DNA of 64,000 nt, taken from Dendrobates tinctorius (lineage: Eukaryota). The notes beneath the pieces are model-generated. The model ran no database searches. It was given only the letters and a program-made list of their open reading frames with translations, and was not told the origin of the DNA. This document shows, in pieces, positions 13,604 through 26,502 of this stretch (its first letter is position 1; every line of letters begins with the position of its first letter). The stretch lies in NCBI RefSeq assembly GCF_039654945.1, contig NW_027361676.1, positions 42,098,001-42,162,000 on the forward strand, read 5' to 3'. The position numbers and the translations under genes were made by a program.

Positions 13604-13820
13604 AAAATGCAAGAAAGAAGCAAGAAGGTATTGTTGGAAGTTCTCGTGTTTGCTTCGCCCAGCACACCCCATCCCTTCCTGCAGAAAGCCCCCGACCTCT
13701 GAAACTGCGCAGTATCCTGGACATGAGCCCATTTACTGTGACTGACCACACACCAATGGAGATAGTGGTGGATATATTCCGCAAGCTGGGGCTCAGGCAG
13801 TGCCTTGTCACACACAATGG
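13604..13820 (+). CDS. CLCN3: CLCN3 internal exon (217 nt; start of CBS2)
   Basis: TTAG| acceptor, |GTGAGT donor. Translates [22 protein letters not shown]...[15 protein letters not shown]. Ends in phase 2. Confidence 0.97.
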
Positions 13821-14623
13821 GTGAGTGTTCAGCATGTTCACATTATTGTAATCACTGGTATTAGACTGAGGTGACAAGCTGGGTTGCAATTTTTTCATAA
13901 ACTAAATTTGTCATCAGACAGACCCTATAGTGAAATACAGCTATAAGGCTCCAATAGTATTGTACTTTTATGTACATCAACAGATCTACGATCTACGCTT
14001 TGGGGTGACATTGAAAAGCAAATACTCTATGAATTATGACACCTCCAAACCTTATATCCAAGTGATGTGACTCTGATACTTCTCAGCCACATATAGTACC
14101 AACATTACAGAGCACACCATAGAGTAATACCTGCTGAATCACTAGTATTGCAGCTTATAGATGTAAGAGCTTATACAAATACTGTGCCACAAAGCACAAA
14201 TCACTGAAATCTGTTCTTTCCACACTTTACGTGGTCCGGACCTAAGGATCTGCCCTGAGAATAGGGTTCCTATAGGGTTATTGCAGCCCACAAGCCTTTA
14301 TTAATATGGACTGGTTTCCTCGCGCTTAGTGTCATCTGTACAAAGAAATGGCTGCCATTGCTAGTAATCATGTAGATCGAGCAGTTGGAGCATTTCTTGA
14401 ACAGTTGACACGGCTTTCTAAGGTGGTATATTAGGCTCAAGTATATGAATTTCCATTTATTTGCTTAAAGTTTCACCGACAATGGAGTATCTTTGTCTCC
14501 AAAAGTATGATTAAATAATATACCATTGCGAGAAATCCATTTATTTAGACATTCAATGCATTAAAGAACCCTTCCCATTAAGTTTTTTTTCCAATTAACT
14601 TGAGTATATGCATGTAGTGTGTA

Positions 14624-15433
14624 CAGTGGCATTTCAAAATTTAAGCACACCTGGTCAAAATTACTATTGTGAACAGTTAAGCAAATTGAAGATTAAATGA
14701 TCTGTAAAAGGCCTAAAGTTAAAGATGACACATTCCTTTGTATTTTAGCCCAAAAAAATATAATTATACTTTCAACTTTTACATTTAAAAAATTCCAAAA
14801 TGGAAAATGGGCCGATACAAAAGTTTGTACACCCTTGGAGATGTGTACTCAGATAATTTTGACCAAGGAGTCAGACCTTATTTAGCCTGTTAAAGTTGTG
14901 GCTTATTCACTGTCATCACTGGCAAAGGCCAGGTGATGTAAACTTCCCAGATTTTTATAAAAAAATCAACCTCTTCTAACCTAGTGCCAGAAAACAGCAG
15001 CCATGGCTGCTTCTAAGTAGCTGCCTATTATTCTGAAAATGGTGGTGGCCCACAAAGCAGGAGAAGGCTATAAGAAGATAGCAAAGAGTTTTCAAGTTGT
15101 CCTTTCCTCCGTTCAAAATGTAATTAAATGGCAGTTACCCGAAACAGTGGAGGTCAAGATAAGGTCTGAAAGACCAATCAAAATTTCAGTGAGAGCTGCT
15201 CCTAGGATTGCTAGAGAGGTAAATCAGAACCCCCGCCTGACTGCAAAAGACCATCAGAAATATTTAGCAGACCCTGGTATTGTGGTACATTGTTCTACTG
15301 TTCAGAAACACCTTCACAAATATGGCCTTCATGGAAGGCTCATCAGAATAAAACGTCTCCTACGTCGTTTCCGTAAACTTCAGAAGAATGGATTCGATGA
15401 AAATTCAACAAATTCTTGATTCAAACATAACAC

Positions 15434-15470
<37 letters not shown>

Positions 15471-15970
15471 TGAAGTTGATAAGAGGATGGCTTCTACAAA
15501 AGGCTAATGATGCTAAACACATTGTCAAAATCCACAATAGACTACCTCAAAAAGCTCAATGTTTTACAATGGCGTTCACTGTCACCTGATTGGAAGATTG
15601 GAACATCACTGAAAATCTGTGGTTAAACCTTAAATAGCAGTGCATGCAAAACAACCCAGGAAGCTCACAGAACTGGAAGAATGGATGAAAATATCTCCAA
15701 CTCAAGACTCTTGCCTGGCTACAAAAAGCGTCTACAAGCTATGATACTTTTCAGAGGGGGTGCTACAAGGTGATAACTGTTCAGAGTGTCCAAACGTTTG
15801 CATCGGCCCATTTTCCTTTTTGTAAGACTCAAAAAGTAAAAGAAAAAAAAATATAATATTTTTGCCTAAAATATAAAGGAAATGTCATCTTTTAACTTTA
15901 GGCCTTTTTAGAGATCATTTCCTCTTCAACTTGCTTAACTGTTCACTACCCAAACTTTTACATGCCACTG
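14624..15970 (+). mobile_element. Degenerate Tc1 element inserted into a T2-type MITE (14561-16330)
   Basis: TIRs CAGTGGCAT... / ...ATGCCACTG. Paired-like HTH ORF 15039-15419 (GEGYKKIAK). Same family as 56388-59096. Confidence 0.85.
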
Positions 15971-16326
15971 TGTGTTACCTTACTCTCCTACCGCCTCCTT
16001 CTCTGGGACCCAGCGCTGTTCTGCTCCTCTTCTCAGTGACGTTACCGCTCTTCAGAGTCTCCGGGTCACACACAGCCCAGTGAGGCGGCCTTTACATTGT
16101 AGTCTACAAAGCATCATAACAAGCTCCATAGGCTTACATTTGTAAAAGAGATTTAAGGCTCGCATAGTGATCTGGAGAGTCTGAAGAGCAGTGATGTCAC
16201 TGAGGAGAGGAGCAAGATTGCACTGGATGCCGAAGAAGGAGGCTGTAGGCGAGTATATTAAGACATACACGCTACATACTTATACATAAATTCAGTGTAA
16301 AAAAGAAACTCCATGCTATTGCTTCT

Positions 16327-16748
16327 TTAAAAAGTAACTGTCATTTTAATTTTTTTCATAAATCAACATTAAAATAGGAAACTTTATAATGTACATTATC
16401 AGATCTGTTTCTTTCTCTGCCAGAATTGATCAGTCATTATCAAAATTCTCAATTCTGAGGTAAAATCTGTATTCAGTGCAGGCAGATGTTCCCATCACTG
16501 ACAAGAGATGGTGGCTGCTACTGATAAGAATCTATGTAAATAATATGGAGAATCCAGAGATGGAGCTCCTGCCTACATAGAATCTCATCAGTAGCTGCCG
16601 CCATCTCATATCTGAGTGATGGGACCATCTGTCTGCACTGAATACAGATTTTACCTCAGAACTGAGAATATTATATTATAAAGTTTCTTATTTTAATGTG
16701 TACTATTGTTTTTATGAAATAAAAATTAAAACGATGGTTACACTTTAA
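16327..16748. mobile_element. Palindromic T2/Kolobok-type MITE
   Basis: TTAA at both ends and long inverted arms (TCTGAGGTAAAATCTGTATTCAGTGCAG / CTGCACTGAATACAGATTTTACCTCAGA). Confidence 0.75.
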
Positions 16749-19700
16749 GGGTTTTTCTGGTTCTATTTACATATGGTATAGTATACCCTACTGAAGGCCA
16801 TTACAAGTCACCACAGACATATGATCATATAACGAAGATTATTAATACAGGCCTTAGATTTCTGAATGACTTGTAATATCCTTAGAAAGCTAAAGGGAAA
16901 CCGTCAGCAGGATTTTGCTCAATAAACTAAAGACAGTGTCAGGTCGGCGCCGTTATACTGATTACAATGATACTTGGTGATAAAATCCATTTTGTGGTTG
17001 TTGTCTGTATTTTCCCTTCACCCATGACAGCACACCTGAGAGAGGGATCCGCCCCACCAGGTCAGGAACCTACTGAAATATAAGGGGCGGCACCTCTCCC
17101 TGCTTCAGTTGGGTTCCTGTCCTGGAAGGGAATCCCACACTGACAGTGGCGGTGCCTGTCATAGGTGAAAGAGCCCAGGCCCGTCCTGGCGCGGGAAGAA
17201 CAGGTTACCTCACCTGTAGCGCCGGGCGTCTGGTAGCGCAGTCCCCGGGGTCTCCCTGGGGCTCCGAGTTTGAGCGGGTGGCGGCTCCTGGAGGCTCCAC
17301 AGCGCCTCCCTCCCCTCGCGAGTGCCCGCAGTCTCTCTCCTTCAGAACGCCTAGCATGGGAGGGCCACGGGCGTCTTCCGGCCGCTGACGTCAGTGGCGC
17401 AGGGCATCCTGGGAGCGCGCCGGCTGACGTCAGTAAGGCGACGGCAACATGGCGCCCGGTGTGACGCCGGCTGGCCTTTTTCTCAGGAAACGGCAGCGGT
17501 CCGCCGGCGGTTGCAGGGGGGAGGGGAAAAACGCTCACCGGGACCGAGGCTATTTAAAAGAGGAGGGCGGTCAGCATGGCCGGGTAACCATGGGGTCAGA
17601 GCAGGAACGGTCGCCGTCTCCACCGTCTCTGCCTCCTTCACAACCCTCCGCTCACAAGCATGGCAGCCGATCAAGCAGCAGTCGCCCCAGCCGTAGTTCG
17701 GGGGACTCTTTGAGATCCGGAGAGCACAGATCACGTGCTCCTCCACAGCCTCCAAGTTCAGTATCCTTGATTACGGGTGGTGAGTGATCTTCGTGAATGT
17801 TAGCAAGCTGTTAATAGGGGCCTTCTTTTGTTTGTTTAAATTCCTTAGGAAAAACCTAAGAAAGCAGGGAGTAAGAAGAACAATAGAGATTGTGCCATAT
17901 GTAAAAGCCCCCTAGCAAGAGACTGGCAGAAGGACCTTTGTGCCAGCTGCATCCAGCAAACCATGGCAGAAGAAGCGCCTAGTTTCGCAACCAACCTTAG
18001 ATCAGTTATCAGGTCGGAGATGGAAGGCTCGCTTAAAGCATTGTTAAAAAAGGGAAAAAGAGTAGGAAGGATTCCCCTAGCTCTATCTCAAGACTCTCTT
18101 CCTCGGCCTTATCTCAGGCCTCTTCCTCAGATAGCGACACGGGTGGCAAACCGTGTTTCACAGTAGAAGATACGCATGCTCTCCTCAAAGCCATCAGAGT
18201 GACAATGGGCCTACAGGAGGAAAAAACGGCTAAGTCCCTGGAGGACGTCATGTTCGGGGGACTAGAAGAGAGGAAGAAACGGACCTTTCCAGTCAATGAA
18301 AAGGTCCAGGCACTCGTTGAGAGAGAATGGAGGAAGCCTGAGAGGTCAGGAGCTCTTCCCTCCTCCTCTAAGAGAAGGTACCCCTTTGAGCCTAAGGACA
18401 CAGAAATATGGGACAAAGTCCCAAAGATTGACGTGGCGGTGTCCAGGTCATCCAAAAAATCGGCTCTGCCCTTGGAAGACCAGGGGTACTAAGGGAACCG
18501 CTAGATAAAAAGGCGGATTCCTATTTAAGACATGCATGGGAAGCAGCAGCAGGAGGATTGAAGCATGCAATAGCCGGCACCTGCACGGCGCATTCCCTAA
18601 TGATTTGGCTGCAGCAATTAGAGAGACTGGCTTCAAAAGTCTCAAGAGAAAAAATACTGGCAGATATGTATCTTCTGCATGTGGCAGCAGCATTTTTAGC
18701 GGACACCTCGGCGGACTCCATGAGGTTGACAGCTAGGGCGGCAGGATTATCAAACACCGCGAGGTGGGTGTTGTGGCTTAAGGGCTGTCCAGGTGATCTA
18801 CAGTCTAAAGCTAAGCTGTACTCTCTCCCATGTGATGGTCTGTTTTTATTCGGAAAAAACCTAGATGACATCCTAGAGAAGGCAAGTGACAGAAAGAAAG
18901 GCTTCCCCAGGTTTCCAGCGGATCAGAGGAGGCCGCCCTTTCGGAGAGAAAAATTCAACAGGGGCTGTCCCCTGGGGAATAGAAGGAGATGGGAAGATAA
19001 AAGGAAAAAGGAGTCCGGTTTTATGTTCGGTAGAGCTACCTCCACTTCCAAGAAATCCCCACAATGACGCCAGTATTCCGGTAGGGGGGAGATTGGCGTT
19101 CTTTTCCCAGGCCTGGGAGAACATCTCTTCCGGTGCCTGGATCCTAAACATCATAAGGGAAGGCCTCAAGATTCCTTTTTCACATCAGCCGAGAGCATCA
19201 TTTGCCATTACCCCTATCAGGAAGGTGATAGAAGAACAGTTGGCCTTGTCTGCTAGACAGATTCTTTCCAAAGTCCCGAGCAAACAGGAGAAAAGAGGGT
19301 TCTACTCGCCCCTCTTCCTGATAAAAAAAACCGGACCAGTCATTCGGAACAATCATAAACCTCAGAGGCCTCAATCAGTGGATAAAAAAATCAGACCTTC
19401 AAGATGGAGTTGGTAGCTACAGCCATAAAGCTGCTGCATCACGATTGTGTTATGGCCGTAATCGATTTAAAGGATGCATACTATCACATCCCCATCCACC
19501 CAGGTTATCAAAGATACTTTGTGGCTCTCTATATCCAGGGCATTCTCAGGCATTTTCAATTCAGAGCCCTTCCATTCGGCATATCCATAGCCCCAAGAGT
19601 TTTTACCAAAGTCGTAGCGGATATGACAGCCTTCCTCCGAATTCACGACACGATCATAATACCCTATTTGGACGATTTCCTAATAGTGGGCAGCTCAGAA

Positions 19701-21264
19701 GACTACTGTACTGTACAGTTGAAATGAGTGACCGACACCCTACAGAAACTCGGGTGGATGGTAAACGTAAAAAAATCAAGGTTACAGCCCCTAAAAAAAG
19801 ACTTTTCTAGGGTTTATCCTGGATTCTGACCAACAAGCCTGTCTACTACCAGAGGCCAAGATAGAAAAGGTGAGGTATGTAACCTTGGCTGCCCTAGACC
19901 AACCCCACATGATCCTGAGAAACGCTATGTCCTTGCTAGGTACCCTGACGTCCTGTATCCCAGCGGTCAGGTGGGCACAATTCCACACCCGACAGCTTCA
20001 AGGCGAAATTCTATCAGCACAAAGATCGCTGAGAGGGCGTTTAGAAGGAAGACTGGAGCTTTCCTTAGAGGTCAGGAGCTCTCTCAACTGGTGGTTAGAC
20101 AGGACAAACTTGACATCAGGGATGCTATGGGACAAACAAGTGACCGACATAATTCTGACAGATGCGAGCTCCTCAGGGTGGGGGGCACACCTAAGGAGTC
20201 ATGCGGCCTGGGGGCCTCAAAAACAGGGCGCATCTGCCAACTTGAGAGAACTGTGGACAGTGAGCAAAGCCCTAAGAGACTTTATTCCCCTCCTCAGTGG
20301 CCGCAATGTCCGTATCATGTCGGACAACAGAGTAACAGTGGCATACATCAATCAAAAGGGGGGTACAAGATCACACTCCCTAATAAAGGCGGCCAGCGAC
20401 ATTTTTCACAGAGTGGAACAGCACCTACTCTCTCTGATGGCATTGCATATAAAGGGGGTAGAGAATATAGAAGACTATTTCCTGAGCCGCAATATACTAA
20501 AGCAAGGGGAATAATGGGCTCTAAATCGGTCCGTTTTTCAAAAGATAATACAGCTATGGGGGGAACCGGTGATAGACCTCTTTGCCAACAAAAACAGGTA
20601 AGTGTTCATTAAACCCAAGGGAAAAGCTGTGGGCGGTGGACTCATTGCAAATTTCGTGGGACTTCAGGCTAGCCTATGCGTCCCCCCCCCCAGTGACTCT
20701 GATCCCAACAGTAGTGAGAAAAATCAGGAAAGATCAAGCCAGGGTGATCCTAATAACCCCGTTCTGGCCAAAAAGACCCTGGTTGTCTCTGATGCGGATG
20801 ATGTCCCTCTCAGATCCATGGATTCTGCCGGAAATCCCAGACCTGCTAACTCGGGGTCCAATATTCCACGCTCCGGTCAAGGGATTCCATCTGATGGCGT
20901 GGAATTTGAAAGGTCACTTCTAATGGATAGAGGGATCCCAGGGTTAGTGGCCACCCTGCTAAAAAGTAGGAAACCGGTAACGACTAATATCTATGGCAGA
21001 ACATGGAATAAATTCCTGCAGTTCTTGGGTAAGCCGTTAGAGCAAGAGCCCCCGATTAGTGCCATCTTGGAATTTTTACAGTCAGGATTACAGCTAGGGT
21101 TAGCGGTAAATACCCTTAAAGTTCAAGTATCCGCACTGGGCGCGCTATATAACTGCAATTTGGCAGCTAACAGATGGGTAGCTAGATTTATTAAATCCTG
21201 CCATAGGTCCAGACCTATTCCATTACCAAGAATAGCTCCATGGGATCTAAACCTGGAATTAGAG

Positions 21265-22028
21265 AAAACAAGGGCGGGGGCGCAGACATAGGGCTTCACC
21301 TGGTATAAATCAATTAAAATATAAAAGTACTCTGGAGTACTCACCCTTTTATGGGTTGTGTTCAGACACAACCACTCTCAACGTTTGTTGCAGTCATATA
21401 GCTGCTGCAGAGCTCGTGCAGGTGGCCAGCGTCCACTAGGTATCATAAGTTGAGGATCCAAGAAAAGCACTTCTGAGCATCCGCTCTGCTTTAGTGATAA
21501 GAATTCTTCAGAAATCCATATAAATCTTTCAAGTTCTTTATTATATGTACTACAGATGTTGCCATTCACATGGCAGATCTATGAAAGAACTAGAAGCATA
21601 TTGCCACAATTCCCAGTGTGCAAATATGCGAGTGAAAAATATAAAACCAAAGTGTTTAATTAAAAATGTGTTTTTAAAATTGTTTAAAAAATTATTTAAA
21701 AATTTTGTGGGGAAGTTTTTAAATCCCAAAAACCAACTGAATGAATGGACGGATACAAATATCTTTATGTGCAGCATGTGCAGGTTGACGCCCTTTTCTC
21801 ACAACGGGGGGTTACGCCCACACAACATATAAAGCTGTCATTTGTATAGACCGATCACAACTCTGTACTGTAACCTGAAGAAGAGGTGCGGTTTGTCACC
21901 TCGAAACGCGTAGTTTCTGTAGTACATATAATAAAGAACTTGAAAGATTTATATGGATTTCTGAAGAATTCTTATCACTAAAGCAGCGCGGATGCTCAGA
22001 AGTGCTTTTCTTGGATCCTCAACTTATG
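21265..22028. mobile_element. Non-autonomous Penelope-like element with inverted 5' copy, inserted in the DIRS YR gene
   Basis: 16-bp duplication AAACCTGG(A/T)ATTAGAG at 21249-21264 and 22029-22044. 114-bp inverted repeat 21443-21556 / 21916-22029. Hammerhead motif followed by AATAAA. Removing the insert restores YR WDLNLVLEALT. Confidence 0.8.
21866..21921 (+). ncRNA. Minimal type I hammerhead ribozyme motif
   Basis: Stem I TACTGTAAC/GTTTCTGTA (7/9 pairs), core CTGAAGA (21875-21881) + extra A, stem II GAGGTG/CACCTC, GAAA (21903-21906), palindromic stem III ACGCGT, GUA cleavage triplet ending at 21912. Confidence 0.78.
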
Positions 22029-23032
22029 AAACCTGGTATTAGAGGCCCTTACAAAAGAACCATATGAGCCTATTCAACAACTACCCATAAAGTATCTTAC
22101 CCTAAAAACGATTACACTAGTTGCCCTTACGTCGGCCCGTAGAGTAAGTGACTTGCAGGCTCTCTCAGTAAATCCACCTTATACACAAGTATTTCGGGAT
22201 ACGGTTGTATTAAAAGCAGACCCCGCATATCTGCCTAAGGTAGTATCAGATTTCCATCGAAGTCAGGAAATTGTCCTTCCCTCTTTTTGCGAAAATCCAA
22301 AAAATCCAGGAGAGGAAAAATTCCACAATTTGGATGTTAGGAGAGCCCTGCTAGAATATATATCTGTGACTAGCCAGTGGAGGAGGTCCCAGTCCCTATT
22401 CGTAGCCTTTCAGGGTGCCAGAAAGGGTTATGGAGTGTCAAAGGGGACTATTGCCAGATGGATTAGGGAGGCCATTAGTATAGCCTACTCAGCTAGTGGT
22501 GTTCCGATTCCTGACGGCATCAAGGCTTATTCCACCAGAGCCGTGGCGACCTCATGGGCTGAAAAGGCAGAGGTATCAATTTTGTAAGGCCGTCATCTGG
22601 GCCTCACCATCAACCTTCTTTAAACACTATAGATTAAACCTATCCTCCTCTGCTGACTTGACCTTTGGTAGAAGGGTGCTACAAGCGGTGGTCCCTCCCT
22701 AAGGTGTTTCGAAGTCTCCAAAAATCTCTCAGGTGTGCTGTCATGGTTGAAGGGAAAACCACCATGGTTACTTACCGGTAGCTGGTTTTTCCGGAACCCA
22801 TGACAGCACCCGTATATTTCCCCCCTTTTTCACCGTATGGGTGTGCACGCTAGTAGGGTGTATTTGTGTGATGTGGTGTTGGATAAACATGTAACTAACC
22901 GGGAAGTCCTCTCATGTCTGCCACCCCTTATATTTCAGTAGGGTCCTGGCGGGGCGGATCCCTCTCTCAGGTGTGCTGTCAGAAAAAACGGCTACCGGTA
23001 AGTAACCATGGTGGTTTTGTAGTTTTTAGTTA

Positions 23033-23804
23033 CCGTATATACTCGAGTATAAGTCGAGTTTTTCAGCCCCCTTTTGGGGCTGAAAAAGATCCCCCTCGAC
23101 TTATATTCGGGTCACGGTGCCAACTTACCTGGTCCCCGTCATCTCCGCAGTCCCAGTCGTCTCTGCGGTCCCCTGCAGCGTCCTGGCGGCGGGTGATGAT
23201 AGGGCCGCGGCGGCGTTCAAAATCTCTGCGCGCCGCTCTCTCCCATCCTCCGGCAGTGACGTGCAGGGGGCGCGATGACGTGGAAAGCACGCGCCCTCTG
23301 CCTGAGTCACTGAAGAGCCGGCGACGCTCAGGAGCAGCTGTCATCAACGTAGGTGAGTATATAGTGTTGTTTTTTTTTTTTTTTTTTTTTTAAAAGTCCA
23401 GCAGCGGCAGCAACATGATAGGATTACTGGTAATCCTATCACTTTGGGGGCAGCATTACGATATTTGGGCCACCATTCACTGTGCAGCATTTATGGGGGC
23501 ATATGTTGTGCAGCGTTATTTGGGCCAGCATTCACTGTGCAGGATTTATGGGGGCATATGTTGTGCAGCGTTATTTGGGCCAGCATTCACTGTGCTGCAT
23601 TTTGGGGGCATACTGTATGTTGTGCAGCATTATTTGGGCAACCATTCACTGTGCAGCATTTTGGGGGAATACTGTATGTTGTGCAGCATTAAATTTACCA
23701 GTATCTTCGGCAATTCCCACCCTAGACTTATACTCGAGTCAATACGTTTTCCCAGGTTTTTGAGGCAAATTTAGGGGGGTCGACTTATACTCGAGTATAT
23801 ATGG
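23033..23804. mobile_element. Non-autonomous pogo/Tigger-like DNA transposon with internal ~58-bp minisatellite
   Basis: TIR CCGTATATACTCGAGTATAAG / CTTATACTCGAGTATATATGG, TA duplication, tandem repeats ~23460-23690. Confidence 0.8.
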
Positions 23805-25340
23805 TATGTATTCTCGTGCCCCGGGGCAGCCTGTTGGGGGGGGGCGGGGGCTTTATGTGGTGCTCTGCTTACATATTTATCCTTGTGGGCTTATGACAGG
23901 TCACTGATGCTTCAGTGACCTGCTCCCTATTTTATATTAATGCATAGAATATTGTGGGGTTGGAAAAAAAAAATTATATCCAGCAAAATGGAGGTGCCTG
24001 CGCAGTAACATCTATGGGTAAGCAGATGGATGCTACTGCGCAGGTGCTGCCATCATTCTGCTGCAGTCACATTTCTTTTTCCTCCAGTAAAATGGCAGTG
24101 ACACTTGCGCAGTTGCATATATCAGTAAGAGATGCTACAGTACAGGCACCATTTTGCTGGATGTAAATTTTTTTTTTTTTTCTAACCCCACAATATTCTA
24201 TGCACTATGTAAGGGAGGGATCAGTGACCTGTCTGTCAGAAGCCATGCAGATGAATATGTAATCAGAGCGCCACAAAAAGCACCATCCACAGGCCGCCCC
24301 GGAGAACGAGAATCTCAGTAACTGAAAACTACAAATGCAGATTAAACAACCACAAGATGGATTTCATCACCAGGTATCATTTTATTCAGTATAACCGCAC
24401 CAACCTGACACTGTCTGTAGGTTACTGAGCACAATCCTGATGACTAGTTCGCTTTAAATCAAGAGTTGTAGCACTAGTTATATATTTTGCTGTACAATAA
24501 TTGGAGTAACTATGTTTGAGAAAAAAAATGGACCTATAAGCTTTCTATGAGTCTTTGCATGACTCTGCATGGATTCCGAGTTCTTCTGCCCGTATTTTTC
24601 AGTGATTGGTGAGGGTCTCAGGACTCTGATTTCCACTGATCAAAACTTATGACGTGTGGTTATAATACAGCAAAGGTTTTTCTTAAAGTTTAGTTACCCT
24701 TTCAGCTTTATTTACAGAAAACTACTTCCTGTTGGTATGACGTCTGTGTTGATTAGAAAGCCTAGTATAATGTTACAATGGTGCATATATATTCCTAGAG
24801 ACATAGCCTTGTACTCTGTATACGCTTGTTTTACTGATAAAATGGCCCAATGGTTCCGGCTGCATGCGCATCATTCCCATGTGATACTGCTAGTCCTGTT
24901 AGGGATAAAGCGGATGGCTTTGGCTCTTGGCTTCACTGTGTTCATGTGGGCACACTACTAATGGCTGTCTCTGCATTATGGCATGCTCTGTCACAATAAC
25001 AGCCGTAGTATTTGGTATCCATGGAAGTAATACTGACATACCGTGCACTTATTAATAACCGTATCTCCTGTCCTAATAGATGTTCTGCTTACAAATTACA
25101 GAGACTTTCCACCCGTTTATTAACCCTTGCTTCATTTCATTCATGCCGAAGTAAGCTACTGCTGAGCACCGCTATAATGGCAGCGTAGTACAGAGGTCTG
25201 CTAGAAGACAGGGAGTGATCACAGCAAATAAACCACTGCTAAAATCTGTACAGTGCACAAGCCACTAAAGCGTGTACAGATTGTAGTCTGGTCTTCTCAC
25301 AATCCTGAGATATCCGAAGTATAGTGTTCTTGAGTTATAA

Positions 25341-25637
25341 GGCTATGTGCACATGTAGTTTTTTGCCTCTGCGGATTTTGTAGAGAAAACCGCAGGTAAA
25401 TCCGCAGGACAAAAGTCCTGCGGTTTTACACCTCATAATGGATGAGGTGTAAAACTGCAGCGTTTCTGCACCAAACAATTGACATGCTGCGGTTTGTAAA
25501 CCGCAGCATGTGCGCAGCTTTTTATTTATTTCCATAGGAAATAAAGGTACTGTACAACGCAGCAGAATCTGCTGCGGACCCGCAGGTGCAGAAACGCTGA
25601 AGAACCGCAGCGGAATCCACACCGTTTGCACATACCC
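25341..25637. mobile_element. PIF/Harbinger-type MITE
   Basis: Termini GGCTATGTGCACA / TGCACATACCC, TAA flanks, CCGCAG/CTGCGG internal repeats. Related to 52429-52720. Confidence 0.75.
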
Positions 25638-25796
25638 TAAGCTTTCTTCTGTCCATTATTCCCCTGTGAGAATCAGTGAGCACGACTATATGTAGTGTGC
25701 CTGAAAAATCCACAATGGACCATTATTACAGCTGACACTACCACATTACATGCCGTATATTCCTGACACCTATCATAGACAGTGCGCTGATACTAA

Positions 25797-26212
25797 GGCT
25801 TCTTTTATACTTACCGGGTTTTTGCTGGCCATTTTTGCAGCCTCAATAGATTTCTATGGGGCCGCAAAATCGGCACGCAAAAATTAGTCGGAGCGTCGTG
25901 TACCGTATGGCCATGAGGTCCGTATATGCGGCCGTGTAAAAAGGTCGAGCCTGCTTGATCTTTTTCACAGCTTACGGACACGGCCCCCATAAATGGGGAC
26001 GCAAAAACAACGGAAGTTGTTTTTGCGGTGCACCGTCACTTCGGTTTTGCGGAATGCCATTTTTTTCCAATACTTCTTCCATAGTATTGGAAACCTGAAA
26101 AACTGCGATCCACAAGTTTTTTGCGGTCCGTTACTGCAGCAGACCATGAAAATTGCGGCGGTAAGGCCCACAATAACGGGCCGCAAAAAACCCGGTAAGT
26201 GTAAAAGAAGCG
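25797..26212. mobile_element. PIF/Harbinger-type MITE
   Basis: TIR GCTTCTTTTATACTTACCGGGTTTTT / AAAAACCCGGTAAGTGTAAAAGAAGC, TAA flanks. Confidence 0.78.
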
Positions 26213-26426
26213 TAAGCAGCTACTCCGGATTATTTTAAGACTAAGAAATGTGTGGTTTTGTATTTCTTTGGAATTTTTATGTAAACTTTGACAAAGCCTC
26301 TAGTTGTGTGTCTGCCATTCCACCCCTCAGCCCATAACATTGCCATTATTTTCTGTTGCTTCATTCTTTTTGTTTTCTCCATTTGTAGTTCCAACTCAGT
26401 TATTAGCATAACATGATCTGTTTCAG

Positions 26427-26502
26427 GACTGTCTTGGGGATCATCACAAAGAAGAACATATTAGAACATCTCGAGAATCTAAAGCAGCACGTGGAACCCT
26501 TG
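26427..26502 (+). CDS. CLCN3: CLCN3 alternative 76-nt cassette exon (ClC-3B/e isoform)
   Basis: TTTCAG| acceptor, |GTGATT donor. In phase with the upstream exon it reads (G)TVLGIITKKNILEHLENLKQHVEPL, matching the mammalian ClC-3B insert. Missed by the ORF track. Confidence 0.92.

Larger units (their letters stand above)
17011..23017 (+). mobile_element. DIRS1-type tyrosine-recombinase retrotransposon (element A), full length but degenerate
   Basis: Inverted terminal repeats (~17011-17100 / ~22915-22980), ICR ~22725-22810 complementary to both termini, TTT ends. Gag 17849-19067 is broken. RT (DLKDAY, LPFG, YLDD), RNase H (TDAS, SDN), MT-like domain (DLFA, PFWPKRPW) and YR (TSARRVSD, STRA, FFKHY) are recognisable. 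Confidence 0.93.
16892..24458. mobile_element. Palindromic T2/Kolobok-type MITE split by DIRS and Tigger-like insertions
   Basis: The left arm (16892-17010 + 23018-23032 + 23807 onward) is the reverse complement of the right arm (~24290-24458), which ends in TTAA. Confidence 0.8.
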
